A stretch of 63,014 nucleotides of DNA, the filler included. It is 4 parts of 4 records of this genome, joined end to end, with 100 filler letters (N's around TTAATTAATTAA, not from the genome) between each part and the next. Parts side by side here need not be neighbours in the genome. Positions count along the whole stretch, not along the records: positions 19,500 to 41,111 come from SRR20825006_192; positions 41,212 to 51,786 come from SRR20825006_196; 2 more parts are not named here. The stretch is one strand, 5' to 3'. The stretch's first letter is position 1; each line of letters starts with the position of its first letter. Below, in pieces: positions 37,958-47,724 of this stretch. A model generated the notes under the pieces. The model did no database searches. It saw nothing but the letters and a program-made list of their open reading frames with translations, and was not told where the DNA came from. Both the position numbers and the translations under genes were made by a program.

Positions 37958-38731
37958 TTAGAGATTTTTGGCTTCTTCCCAAAACACATCCATCTCACGT
38001 AAAGTCATATCGCGTAATGCTTTATTATTCTCTTTTGCTTTTTGTTCTAAGTATTGAAAACGCTTAATAAACTTCTTATTGGTACGCTCCAGAGCACTTT
38101 CGGCATCTACTTTTAAAAACCGCGCGTAGTTGATCATAGAAAACATCACGTCACCAAATTCCGCCTCAATTTTCTCTTGATCTCTGGCTTCAACCTCTTC
38201 TTGAAGCTCTGCGAGCTCTTCCTGCAATTTCTCGAAAACCTGCTGTGGCTCTTCCCAATCAAATCCTACTCCGGCAACTTTATCTTGAATTCGGCTTGCT
38301 TTTACAAGAGCCGGCAAAGAACGCGGGACACCTTCTAAAACTGACTTTTTACCTTCCTTCAATTTTAGATTCTCCCAATTGCGCTTGACGTCCTCTTCGT
38401 CTTCGACAGCAACATCGCCATAAATATGAGGATGTCGCGAAATGAGTTTTTCGCAAATTCCGTTAGCGACATCAGCAATGTCAAAATCTTCGGTCTCGCT
38501 TGCTATTTTAGCATAGAAAACGATATGAAGCAGCAAATCGCCCAGCTCCTTTTTTACTTCCTCAAGATCATTATCAAGAATCGCATCGCCCAGCTCATAG
38601 GTTTCTTCGATTGTAAGGTGCCTAAGACTTTGTAAGGTTTGCTTGCGGTCCCAGGGGCACTGTTCCCGAAGTTCATTCATAATAGTTAACAATCTGTCTA
38701 TGGCTTTAAGCTGGCTTGCTCTGTTGTTCAT
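37958..38731 (-). CDS. mazG: Nucleoside triphosphate pyrophosphohydrolase
   Basis: CPWD, EETYE, ELGD and RHPH motifs plus a second MazG domain. Confidence 0.96.
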   Translation of the reverse strand: MNNRASQLKAIDRLLTIMNELREQCPWDRKQTLQSLRHLTIEETYELGDAILDNDLEEVKKELGDLLLHIVFYAKIASETEDFDIADVANGICEKLISRHPHIYGDVAVEDEEDVKRNWENLKLKEGKKSVLEGVPRSLPALVKASRIQDKVAGVGFDWEEPQQVFEKLQEELAELQEEVEARDQEKIEAEFGDVMFSMINYARFLKVDAESALERTNKKFIKRFQYLEQKAKENNKALRDMTLREMDVFWEEAKNL

Positions 38732-38761
38732 AAGGCGTTTTTTTTCGATGCAATAGGTTGA

Positions 38762-38797
38762 AATAAAAAATCCTTCAGTAAAAGTACCGAAGGATTT
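38762..38797 (-). terminator. Intrinsic terminator after the DUF5606 gene
   Basis: AAATCCTTC/GAAGGATTT stem with a U-tract on the minus strand. Confidence 0.7.
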
Positions 38798-38820
38798 CTA
38801 TATTTTAGTTGTATTTGCGA

Positions 38821-39246
38821 CTATTCTTCTTCATCTGCTTTTGCAGTTTCAGAAGGTGCTTCAGCAGTTTCTAGTAAATCATTTGCTTGTAAAAGATTAT
38901 ACCACTGAATCACTTTTTTCATATCGCTTGCGTACACGCGATCTTCATCAAAATTAGGTAGCACATCAAAAAAATAGGCTTCTAACTCATCTTTAGCAAC
39001 CTTGTGGCTAATCGCCTTCTCGCCGTTTTCTTTTTCAGCAATTTTTGCAAAAACATCACGTAAAGGTGCCTCGCCATCTAAAGTATAAATAGAAATTTCT
39101 GAAAGCACACTCACATTATGACGCAATCCTACCGGTATTTTTTTTCCGTCAGTTAATGATTCTGCAATAAAACCAGAACGTGTTTGCGCTCGCAAATGAT
39201 ATAATCCCGGTTTTCCTGAAATTGAAACTATTTTATCTAGACTCAT
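38821..39246 (-). CDS. DUF5606-family conserved Bacteroidota protein
   Basis: SISGKPGLY and RVYASDMKK...WYN motifs; typical position next to def. Confidence 0.8.
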   Translation of the reverse strand: MSLDKIVSISGKPGLYHLRAQTRSGFIAESLTDGKKIPVGLRHNVSVLSEISIYTLDGEAPLRDVFAKIAEKENGEKAISHKVAKDELEAYFFDVLPNFDEDRVYASDMKKVIQWYNLLQANDLLETAEAPSETAKADEEE

Positions 39247-39360
39247 AGTATGTATTTTATCCTTAAACGGATTTTTAAGTGGTTTATTCTAATTTTAAAG
39301 GCGGCAAATATCTAGGCTCTTTTTGAATTTTCAAAATTTAAACTGCCTGCAACATCTTTT

Positions 39361-39951
39361 TTAACGTCCTTTTTTTACTGCCGGAAATCGCATACGGTAA
39401 TCTGCATTCACTTTTCCTTTACTAATCCCGGCGAGCTTACTTTTAATAATGCGCTTTTTAAGACTGCTCAATTTATCAGTAAACAAGATTCCTTCAATAT
39501 GATCATACTCGTGCTGAATCACGCGCGCAAGCAAACCATCAAATTCTTCAACGTGCTCATTAAAATCTTCATCCTGATATTTGATCTTGATATTGGGACA
39601 TCTAAACACATCTTCATTAATCCCGGGAATACTTAGACAACCTTCGCTAAAGGCCCATTCATCCCCGGTTTCTTCTAAAATCTGCGGATTTATAAATGCT
39701 TTTTTGAATGTTTTTAAACGCTCTTGTTCTTCATCAGAAAGATCTTCGTCGTCTGCAAAAGGTGTCGCGTCAACTACAAATAATCTAATCGCTTTGCCTA
39801 TTTGCGGAGCGGCAAGGCCCACGCCACTGGCGCCATACATAGTTTCAAACATATTGTCTACAAGCTCCTTTAGCTCAGGATAATCTTGAGGAATTTCTAC
39901 TGCTTTTTTGCGTAAAACCGGATCGCCGTAAGCAACTATAGGTAAAATCAT
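39361..39951 (-). CDS. def: Peptide deformylase
   Basis: GVGLAAPQ, EGCLS and QHEYDH motifs. Confidence 0.97.
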   Translation of the reverse strand: MILPIVAYGDPVLRKKAVEIPQDYPELKELVDNMFETMYGASGVGLAAPQIGKAIRLFVVDATPFADDEDLSDEEQERLKTFKKAFINPQILEETGDEWAFSEGCLSIPGINEDVFRCPNIKIKYQDEDFNEHVEEFDGLLARVIQHEYDHIEGILFTDKLSSLKKRIIKSKLAGISKGKVNADYRMRFPAVKKGR

Positions 39952-39977
39952 GTTCTTATGTTTAGTATAAATTCAGC

Positions 39978-40382
39978 CTATTGATACAAATAGGTTTGAA
40001 GTATTATTGTTGCGCTGATCTCGTCAAGAAGCGCTTTATTTTTTCGTTGTTTTTTCTTCAAGCCGCTGTCAAACATCGTTTGTGCAGCCATCTTTGAGGT
40101 AAACCGCTCATCTACTCTTTTGATTGGGATCGAAGTAATTTTTTCTAAGCTTTTGCGAAATTTTAAAATCTCGGTCTCCACGTGAGAGGCTTCGTTATTC
40201 ATGCGCTTAGGCTCGCCAAGGAGAATGAGTTCGACGTTTTCTTCAGAAAAATACTTCTTAAGAAAATCAAGCAGGTCAGTCGTGTTTACTGTTGTTAAAC
40301 CGGAAGCAATAAGCTGAAGCTCATCGGTCACTGCGATGCCCGTACGTTTGGTTCCAAAATCTAATGCCAGTATGCGACCCAT
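39978..40382 (-). CDS. ruvX: RuvX/YqgF pre-16S rRNA nuclease
   Basis: ALDFGTKRTGIA, DERFTS and DEISA motifs. Confidence 0.94.
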   Translation of the reverse strand: MGRILALDFGTKRTGIAVTDELQLIASGLTTVNTTDLLDFLKKYFSEENVELILLGEPKRMNNEASHVETEILKFRKSLEKITSIPIKRVDERFTSKMAAQTMFDSGLKKKQRKNKALLDEISATIILQTYLYQ

Positions 40383-40667
40383 TTTGCTCAATACTCAAGA
40401 GGTTTCTTCTATAACTTATAGAACCCAAAATCGACTTCCTAAAAGTTACCTAAACCTGCCTTAAAAATTTATTTTGGCAAAAATAAGATTTTAGATGCAT
40501 ATAGTATCAAAGGCCATAGTATTCTTTAGAACTTGAAAACCTCACCATTGGGTTTTGTGAATGCTGAATAAAGAAAACAAATGATGGTATTTTCGTTTTT
40601 TACACACGCCTAAACTATATTTGAAGCCGCAAAAATTTGGACTAATCAACAAAAACAAGTTTAGAAT

Positions 40668-41111
40668 ATGCAACAAGTTAAAAACCTTATTGAAGCAGCT
40701 TGGGAAGACAGATCGCTACTTTCAGATAAAGTAACTCAAGAAGCCATACGCGAAGTCATTGAGCTTATAGACGGCGGTACGCTGCGCGTTGCAGAACCTA
40801 AAGGTGACGACTGGCAGGTGAATGAATGGGTAAAAAAAGCAGTAGTGCTGTATTTCCCAATTCAAAAAATGGAAAAATTAGAAGTTGGTATTTTTGAATA
40901 TCACGATAAAATGCCCCTTAAGAAAGGCTATCAGGATAAAGGAATTCGTGTAGTTCCTAATGCTGTCGCACGTCACGGAGCTTTTATTTCTAAGGGTGTG
41001 ATTATGATGCCTAGTTATGTAAACATCGGTGCTTATGTAGACGAAGGTACTATGGTTGACACTTGGGCAACCGTAGGAAGCTGTGCACAAATTGGTAAAA
41101 ATGTACACCTA
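40668..41111 (+). CDS. dapD: Tetrahydrodipicolinate N-succinyltransferase, 3' end cut by the gap
   Basis: WQVNEWVKKAV, RVVP, MPSYVNIGAYVD and TVGSCAQIG motifs. Confidence 0.95.
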
Positions 41112-41211
41112 NNNNNNNNNNNNNNNNNNNNNNNNNNNNNNNNNNNNNNNNNNNNTTAATTAATTAANNNNNNNNNNNNNNNNNNNNNNNNNNNNNNNNN
41201 NNNNNNNNNNN
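41112..41211. other. Artificial contig linker
   Basis: N44-TTAATTAATTAA-N44. Confidence 0.98.
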
Positions 41212-41212
41212 T

Positions 41213-41791
41213 TTAGGGTATCCATTTTCTATTTCTGAAAACTTTCAAATGCGGAATACACACAAAACAATTTCGGAGTCCTTAGAGATACTTCAGGAAA
41301 TATTAAACCTCGCCAATAAAAATGATAAAGAAGTGGTTGCTTACTTATCTATGGGCTTTGGAAATCCGTATGGCGATCCTTGGAATGTAGCAATAGTAGG
41401 GGAGTGGACCGAAAAACTTTCGGCAATGGGGGTAAAAATCCTTTCGCTTAGCGATACAGTTGGAACGTCTACGCCAGATATTATTTCATATTTATTCTCA
41501 AATTTAATTCCAATGTATCCTCATATAGAATTTGGTGCACATCTGCATACTACACCAAGCGCTTGGCATGAAAAAGTGGATGCTGCTTTTAAGGCAGGAT
41601 GTACAAGATTTGATGGAGCTATTCAAGGTTTTGGTGGTTGCCCTATGGCTAAGGATGAGTTAACAGGAAATATGCCAACCGAAAAAATGCTAAGTTATTT
41701 TACTACCGAAAAAATTTCAAGCAATATAAACCCCATGTCTTTTGAAAGCTCCTATAATGAAGCGACAAAAATTTTCACTAAATATCATTAA
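41213..41791 (+). CDS. Hydroxymethylglutaryl-CoA lyase, 5' end cut by the gap
   Basis: SLSDTVG, HLH and GFGGCPMA...GNMPTE motifs; frame is open from 41213. Confidence 0.9.
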   Translation, partial: LGYPFSISENFQMRNTHKTISESLEILQEILNLANKNDKEVVAYLSMGFGNPYGDPWNVAIVGEWTEKLSAMGVKILSLSDTVGTSTPDIISYLFSNLIPMYPHIEFGAHLHTTPSAWHEKVDAAFKAGCTRFDGAIQGFGGCPMAKDELTGNMPTEKMLSYFTTEKISSNINPMSFESSYNEATKIFTKYH

Positions 41792-41792
41792 G

Positions 41793-43316
41793 ATGAATAG
41801 AGTATTGCTCTGTCTTGTTTCTGCAATTTTTTTTAGTAGCTGTTCAACTTTAGATGCAACTAAAGAAACCCAATCTAAAAGTGACGGACTTGTAACCATA
41901 AAGTTTGTACAAGTTAATGATGTGTATGAAATTGCTCCACTAAATGGTGGGGAATACGGAGGAATGGCGCGTGTTGCTCATATTCGCGATTCTATAAAAG
42001 AACAATTTCCAAATACCTATTTGTATATGGCTGGAGATTTTCTAAATCCGTCGCTGTTAGGAACTTTAAAGGTTGACGGAGAAAGGCTTTATGGTAAACA
42101 AATGGTTGAAGTAATGAACGCCATGGAATTTGATTTGGTGGCTTTTGGAAATCATGAATTTGACCTTAGCGAAGCCGATTTACAAAAAAGATTGAATGAA
42201 TCTACCTTTAAATGGACCTCTGCAAATGTGCGTCATGTAACTGAAGAAGGACTTAAGCCTTTTTCAACCAAGGAGCCAATTTCTGATTATGAAATTTTTC
42301 ATGTAAAAGAACCAGACGGGGATGAAATGAAATTTGGAATGATTAGCGTAACATTACCTTCTAATCCAAAAGATTATGTGCATTATGGCGATGTATATAA
42401 AGAAGCTGTTCGCGCAAATAAACTGGCAAGTGAAAAAGCAGATGTGGTTTTTGGTCTTACGCATGTAAGTATTGCAGAGGATAAGGAAATTGCACGCATT
42501 ATCTCGACTATTCCTTTAATTATGGGAGGTCATGAACATAATGCTACGCTTGTTACGGTAGGTGAAACAGCCATTGCAAAGGCAGATGCTAATGCTAAAA
42601 GCGTTTATGTACATACTATTGTTTATAATACAAACACTAAAAAACATAGCCTCCATTCACAACTTGTATTTGTTGATGAAAACACTGCCTCTAATGCAAA
42701 TGTGGAAAAAATTGTTTCTAAATGGAATAATATGTTGGATGAGAAATTAAAGGAGGTTATTGACGATCCCAATAGGATAATATATATGCCTGAAATACCG
42801 TTAGACGGTACAGACAGTGCAAGTAGAGGTATTCAAACAAATTTGGGCGATATTATTACACAAGCAATGGCGTATTCTTTTCAAAATGAGGTAGCTGCAG
42901 CATTGGTAAATGGCGGCTCCATTAGGATTGACGATATGCTTTCTGGTTCAATTACAGCCAAAGATATTTTTAGGGTGTTGCCTTTTGGGGGGGGCATTCT
43001 AAAGGTAGATTTAAAAGGAAGTCTTTTAAAAGAAGTTCTTGATTATGGTGAAGAAAAACGTGGAACTGGAGCTTACTTACAAAGAGATAGTGTTTCTCAA
43101 GATTTAAATGGTGAATGGTTAATTCAAGGAGAGCGAATTTTAGAAGAAAAAGTTTATAGTGTTGCTTTTAGCGATTATTTATTGAAAGGTCTTGATATTC
43201 CTTTTTTAACACCTGATAATAAAGGTGTCGTAAACATTTATTCACCAAAACAAACTGAAATTGCTGCCGATATTCGCAAAGCAATTATTTTCTTTTTAAA
43301 TTCACAAAAAAAGTAA
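41793..43316 (+). CDS. Bifunctional metallophosphatase/5'-nucleotidase lipoprotein
   Basis: Lipobox FFSSC; GDF, GNHEFD, GGHEH and NGGSIR motifs. Confidence 0.92.
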   Translation: MNRVLLCLVSAIFFSSCSTLDATKETQSKSDGLVTIKFVQVNDVYEIAPLNGGEYGGMARVAHIRDSIKEQFPNTYLYMAGDFLNPSLLGTLKVDGERLYGKQMVEVMNAMEFDLVAFGNHEFDLSEADLQKRLNESTFKWTSANVRHVTEEGLKPFSTKEPISDYEIFHVKEPDGDEMKFGMISVTLPSNPKDYVHYGDVYKEAVRANKLASEKADVVFGLTHVSIAEDKEIARIISTIPLIMGGHEHNATLVTVGETAIAKADANAKSVYVHTIVYNTNTKKHSLHSQLVFVDENTASNANVEKIVSKWNNMLDEKLKEVIDDPNRIIYMPEIPLDGTDSASRGIQTNLGDIITQAMAYSFQNEVAAALVNGGSIRIDDMLSGSITAKDIFRVLPFGGGILKVDLKGSLLKEVLDYGEEKRGTGAYLQRDSVSQDLNGEWLIQGERILEEKVYSVAFSDYLLKGLDIPFLTPDNKGVVNIYSPKQTEIAADIRKAIIFFLNSQKK

Positions 43317-43795
43317 TGTTGAAAAAAGTTATAAAAATCACCCTTGTCGTGGCATTAATTGCGTTAGTTGCCATACAATTTTGTCGCCCTGAAAAAAATA
43401 GTGAAGGGTATAAAAGTGTAGCCTTGTTTGAAACTGAAACCAAACCTACACCCGAGGTTGCGGCAATTTTAAAAACAAATTGCTACGATTGTCATAGCAA
43501 TCAAACTACATACCCATGGTATTCTGAAATTGCACCTTTTTCATTTTTCTTAGAGGATCATATTAAAGATGGAAAAAAACATTTTAATGTTTCCGACTGG
43601 AAAAGTTATTCAGTAAAAAAGAAAGAGCACAAACTAGAAGAATTTTTAGAAATGGTGGAAGACGATGAAATGCCATTGCAATCTTACACCTTAATTCATG
43701 GAAATTTATCGGAAGAAGATAAAAAATTATTGCTTCAATGGGCTGGCGTTGCAAGATTGCAATACAAACATCTGCTAGAAGTTTCTTCAAAATAA
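43316..43795 (+). CDS. Haem-binding domain protein (monoheme cytochrome c-like)
   Basis: N-terminal anchor, CYDCH, YPWY and EMP motifs. Confidence 0.88.
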   Translation: MLKKVIKITLVVALIALVAIQFCRPEKNSEGYKSVALFETETKPTPEVAAILKTNCYDCHSNQTTYPWYSEIAPFSFFLEDHIKDGKKHFNVSDWKSYSVKKKEHKLEEFLEMVEDDEMPLQSYTLIHGNLSEEDKKLLLQWAGVARLQYKHLLEVSSK

Positions 43796-43814
43796 AGCAT
43801 ACTACCCACTCCTG

Positions 43815-43912
43815 AAATTTATTTAAATTAAATCTAAATAAATTTGTGAGGTTTCATTCTGACCATTATTTTTGCCGCTGAAAACAAACCTATTTTAATT
43901 CAGTCTAAATAA
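43815..43912 (+). promoter_or_regulatory. Promoter flanked by two Fur-like palindromes
   Basis: Near-perfect 31-bp palindrome at 43815-43845; TTTG at 43843-43846, a 20-nt spacer and TATTTTTG at 43867-43874; second site ATTTTAATTCAGTCTAAAT at 43892-43910. Confidence 0.7.
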
Positions 43913-43919
43913 TATATTG

Positions 43920-45137
43920 ATGAAAAACTTAGTTATTGCAACACTTTTAAGTTCCCTATTTTTTATATCCTGCTCATCTGATGACGATACCCTAGTAGAA
44001 GATAATCTAGTTGAAGCGCCTGCAACATATACATTTTTGAGAGGCGATGAATCTACAGTAAGTTTTAGTGGGCAAACTACTCGAATTTTAATGGCAGGTG
44101 AACTTGCAAATGCGTTTAATGATTTTGATAATGCTACTGAAGCTTCCTTAAAAGCTATGTTTGATCATCAAACTGGCGACAATGACTTTTCGGATGCAGA
44201 TTTAAATGCTTCAGATAAAAACATTCGAAGCAAAACAGCTGCTTCTTATGATTATTTCGCTACAAACACAACTGAAAGTGCTCAGATAAAAGCCACTTTC
44301 GAAAATTATATTTCTTCTCAAATAAATGAAGTTTTCCCTAATACAATGGTTGCAGCAGCACCCGGAGTTGCAGGACAAATTGCTGATGGTACTAAAACGC
44401 GTTACGTAAGTGCAAAAGGGTTAGAGTACAATCAAGCGTTTGCAAAAAGCCTTTTAGGTGCTTTAATGACCGACCAGATTTTAAACAATTATTTAAGCAC
44501 AGCTGTGCTTGATGAGGCAAATAATCGTGAAAATAATGACAACGGAATCACCGAGGAAAACAAACCTTATACAACGATGGAGCATAAGTGGGATGAAGCA
44601 TATGGTTATCTTTATGGAACTTCTGTGAATCCAGAGAATCCAAATTTAACGATTGGTGAGGACGATAAATTTTTAAATGAATATGTAGGTAGAGTAAATG
44701 ATGACTCTGATTTTTCAACCATTGCTGCTGAAATTTTTGATGCTTTTAAATTAGGTAGAGCTGCAATTGTTGCAAAAAACTATGAGGTACGTGATGCACA
44801 AGTTCAGATTATTCGTGAAAAAATTTCTGAAGTAATCGCAATCCGTGGTATTTATTACTTACAAGCTGGTAAGGCAAAAATTAATGAAGGAAACCCTGAA
44901 GGAGCATTCCACGCTTTGTCTGAAGCTTATGGTTTTGTGTATAGTCTTCGTTTTACTAGAAACGCACAAAATACAACACCACTTTTCTCAAAAACGGAAG
45001 TTGATGCGCTTTTAGATATGCTAATGAATTCTGCCGATAATGGTTTTTGGAACATTACACCTGAAACTTTAGATGCTGTATCTGAAGCTATGGCTGCAAA
45101 GTTTAACTTTACTGTGGTTCAAGCGACTAGCATTTAA
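43920..45137 (+). CDS. DUF4856-family lipoprotein
   Basis: Lipobox FISC followed by SSDDD; TVSFSGQTTR and MEHKWDEAYGY motifs. Confidence 0.75.
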   Translation: MKNLVIATLLSSLFFISCSSDDDTLVEDNLVEAPATYTFLRGDESTVSFSGQTTRILMAGELANAFNDFDNATEASLKAMFDHQTGDNDFSDADLNASDKNIRSKTAASYDYFATNTTESAQIKATFENYISSQINEVFPNTMVAAAPGVAGQIADGTKTRYVSAKGLEYNQAFAKSLLGALMTDQILNNYLSTAVLDEANNRENNDNGITEENKPYTTMEHKWDEAYGYLYGTSVNPENPNLTIGEDDKFLNEYVGRVNDDSDFSTIAAEIFDAFKLGRAAIVAKNYEVRDAQVQIIREKISEVIAIRGIYYLQAGKAKINEGNPEGAFHALSEAYGFVYSLRFTRNAQNTTPLFSKTEVDALLDMLMNSADNGFWNITPETLDAVSEAMAAKFNFTVVQATSI

Positions 45138-45158
45138 TTTATATTTGAAAAATATTTT

Positions 45159-45196
45159 AACCAACCGATTTCAAAAATAAAATCGGTTGGTTTTTT
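45159..45196 (+). terminator. Intra-operon terminator-like hairpin after the DUF4856 gene
   Basis: AACCAACCGATTT/AAATCGGTTGGTT stem followed by TTTT. Confidence 0.75.
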
Positions 45197-45216
45197 GAAT
45201 TTTAAAACTATTTAAA

Positions 45217-46338
45217 ATGAATTATATAAAATTTGGAGTACTATGTATTGCAGTGCTAATTTTGGGAGCTTCCTGTTCAACAGATAGCGATAACCCAGAA
45301 GAAGTTCCAAATAATTACGACCGCGGAGCCATGCTTACCAATTGGGCAGATAATATTATTGTCCCTGCGTATACCAGCTTTAACTCTAAAGCTGCTGAAA
45401 TGCAAACAGCAACTGCAAACTTTACAAATTCTCCTTCTTTAGAAAGTTTGCAAAGCCTTCGTAGTGCATGGAAAGATGCGTATGTTTCCTTTCAAAGTGT
45501 TTCTATGTTTGAAATTGGTAAAGCAGAAGAAATTCGTTTTAGAAATAGATTAAACGTATATCCTACCAATTCGTCCAAAATTCAGGAAACAATATTGAAT
45601 GGCACCTATAATTTTGCACTGCCTTCAAATATTGACATTCAAGGATTCCCAGCATTAGATTTTATGCTTAACGGTCTTGCGGAAACTGATGCTGAAATAA
45701 TAGCTTTTTATGTTTCAAACAGCGATGCGGAAGCTTATAAAGCCTATTTAAATTCACTTTCACAAACTATTTTAGATTTAAATACTGAAGTACTTGCTGA
45801 CTGGACAGAAGGATTTCGCGATGCTTTTATAGCGAACATCAGTTCATCTGCTTCTGGTGCTGTTGATAAATTAACTAACGATTATATTTTTTACTTTGAA
45901 AAAGCCCTTCGCGCTGGAAAAGTTGGGATTCCTGCTGGAATTTTCTCGGGAAGTCCGTTGCCAGGAAACGTTGAGGCATTCTATAAAAAAGATATTTCGA
46001 AAGAATTACTTTTGAAAGCAATTGAAGCCAGCGCAAATTTTTTCAATGGAAAAAGCTTTAACGGTACCTCAAACGGAGCAGGATTTAAAACCTATTTAGA
46101 TTATTTGAATACCACCAAAAATGGTGAAAACTTAAGCGGACTTATTAATAGTCAATTTACAATTGCAACTAATAAAGCTAACGAGTTGAATACTAATTTT
46201 GTATCTCAAATTGAAACAGATAATTCAAAAATGCTTGCTGCTTACGATGAACTTCAGCGAATTGTAATTTACTTAAAAGTAGATATGATTCAAGCAATGG
46301 ATATAAGTATAGATTATGTAGATGCAGACGGGGACTAA
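45217..46338 (+). CDS. Imelysin (M75)-like lipoprotein
   Basis: Lipobox GASC; NIIVPAY, LRSAW and QGFPALD motifs; terminal DADGD. Confidence 0.8.
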   Translation: MNYIKFGVLCIAVLILGASCSTDSDNPEEVPNNYDRGAMLTNWADNIIVPAYTSFNSKAAEMQTATANFTNSPSLESLQSLRSAWKDAYVSFQSVSMFEIGKAEEIRFRNRLNVYPTNSSKIQETILNGTYNFALPSNIDIQGFPALDFMLNGLAETDAEIIAFYVSNSDAEAYKAYLNSLSQTILDLNTEVLADWTEGFRDAFIANISSSASGAVDKLTNDYIFYFEKALRAGKVGIPAGIFSGSPLPGNVEAFYKKDISKELLLKAIEASANFFNGKSFNGTSNGAGFKTYLDYLNTTKNGENLSGLINSQFTIATNKANELNTNFVSQIETDNSKMLAAYDELQRIVIYLKVDMIQAMDISIDYVDADGD

Positions 46339-47702
46339 TGTTTGCAACCGTTTCAAAATATCTGAATAAAAACACTGAGGCCGCACCATTAGCGGTCTTT
46401 CGTGTTTTTTTTGGAATTATGATGTTTGCTAGTATCCTACGCTTTTGGGCGAATGGGTGGATTGAAAAACTTTATATCCAGCCAATTTTTTTTTTTAGTT
46501 ATTACGGTTTTGAATGGATTAAACCTATAGGCGATTATACCTATATGTTATTTATTGTCTGCGGAGTTGCATCCCTTTTTGTTGCTATAGGCTATAAATA
46601 CAGAATTTCCATTATCCTCTTTTTTTTAAGTTTTACCTATATAGAGTTGATGGATAAAACCACTTATCTTAATCATTATTATTTTATAAGTTGTATAGGT
46701 TTTTTAATGATTTTTCTTCCTGCCAACGCTTACTTTTCTATTGATGCTTATAAAAATCCGTCTAAAGCTTTTCAGAAAATTCCAAGATGGACAATAGACA
46801 GTATAAAGCTATTATTAGGCATTGTATATTTTTATGCAGGTCTTGCTAAATTAAATAGCGAATGGCTATTTAAGGCAATGCCTCTTAAAATATGGCTTCC
46901 TTCAAAATACGACATACCTTTTTTAGGAAATCTGCTTCAGCAAGAATGGATGCATTATGCCTTTAGTTGGAGTGGTGTAATTTACGATTTAACAATTCCA
47001 TTTCTCCTGCTTTACAAGCCAACACGCTGGTTTGCTTTTGCTTTTGTGGTGATTTTTCATGTGCTTACTCGGGTTTTGTTTCCTATCGGGATGTTTCCGT
47101 TTATTATGATTGTTAGTGCCCTCATTTTCTTTGATGCAGGTATTCATCAGCGAATTATTAAATTTATTTCAAAGCTATTTCGAATAAATTATTTGAAGAT
47201 TTCAGCGATTTCTGAAGGGAAAAATTATAAAATAAAAAGAAATTTTTTATTGCCAATTCTAGCGCTATTTTTTATAGTACAGTTACTTTTGCCGTGGCGT
47301 TATTTAGCGTATCCAAGCGAGCTTTTTTGGAGCGAAGAAGGGTATCGGTTTTCATGGCGCGTAATGTTAATGGAGAAAGCAGGCTATGTTCAATTTAAAG
47401 TTGTGGATAGTAAAAGTGGGAATCGATTTTATGTTGATAACAGCGATTTTCTGTCTCCATTTCAAGAAAAACAAATGAGCACACAGCCTGATTTTATTTT
47501 GGAATATGCACATTATTTAGGAGAGCATTTTGCTTCTCAAGGGCATGAAAATATAGCAATTTATGCAGAGAGTTATGTTGCGCTCAACGGAAGATTAAGT
47601 GAACCATACATAGACCCAACGGTAGATTTGTTGAAAGAAGAAGAGTCTTTTCAACAAAAAAAATGGATTTTACCATTTGGAGGCATAATTAAAGGATTAT
47701 AA
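46338..47702 (+). CDS. HTTM-domain protein, vitamin-K-dependent gamma-carboxylase homologue
   Basis: LAVFR, DKTTYLNHYY, YFYAGLAKLNSEWL and GYRFSWRVML motifs; C-terminal SLNGR-like ALNGR...IDP. Confidence 0.88.
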   Translation: MFATVSKYLNKNTEAAPLAVFRVFFGIMMFASILRFWANGWIEKLYIQPIFFFSYYGFEWIKPIGDYTYMLFIVCGVASLFVAIGYKYRISIILFFLSFTYIELMDKTTYLNHYYFISCIGFLMIFLPANAYFSIDAYKNPSKAFQKIPRWTIDSIKLLLGIVYFYAGLAKLNSEWLFKAMPLKIWLPSKYDIPFLGNLLQQEWMHYAFSWSGVIYDLTIPFLLLYKPTRWFAFAFVVIFHVLTRVLFPIGMFPFIMIVSALIFFDAGIHQRIIKFISKLFRINYLKISAISEGKNYKIKRNFLLPILALFFIVQLLLPWRYLAYPSELFWSEEGYRFSWRVMLMEKAGYVQFKVVDSKSGNRFYVDNSDFLSPFQEKQMSTQPDFILEYAHYLGEHFASQGHENIAIYAESYVALNGRLSEPYIDPTVDLLKEEESFQQKKWILPFGGIIKGL

Positions 47703-47724
47703 AAGAAGTTTTAAGAAAAGTAAA

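Noticed and set aside
37958-38731. mazG as an anti-phage component of the neighbouring pspA locus
   Set aside because: Standard two-domain housekeeping MazG in a ruvX-def-DUF5606-mazG run, separated from the locus by another gene
1448-39883. Antisense ORFs in the flavobacterial segments (for example 1448-1858, 13934-14317, 17540-17914, 32192-33676)
   Set aside because: Almost wholly nested opposite conserved genes, with the composition typical of antisense reading frames
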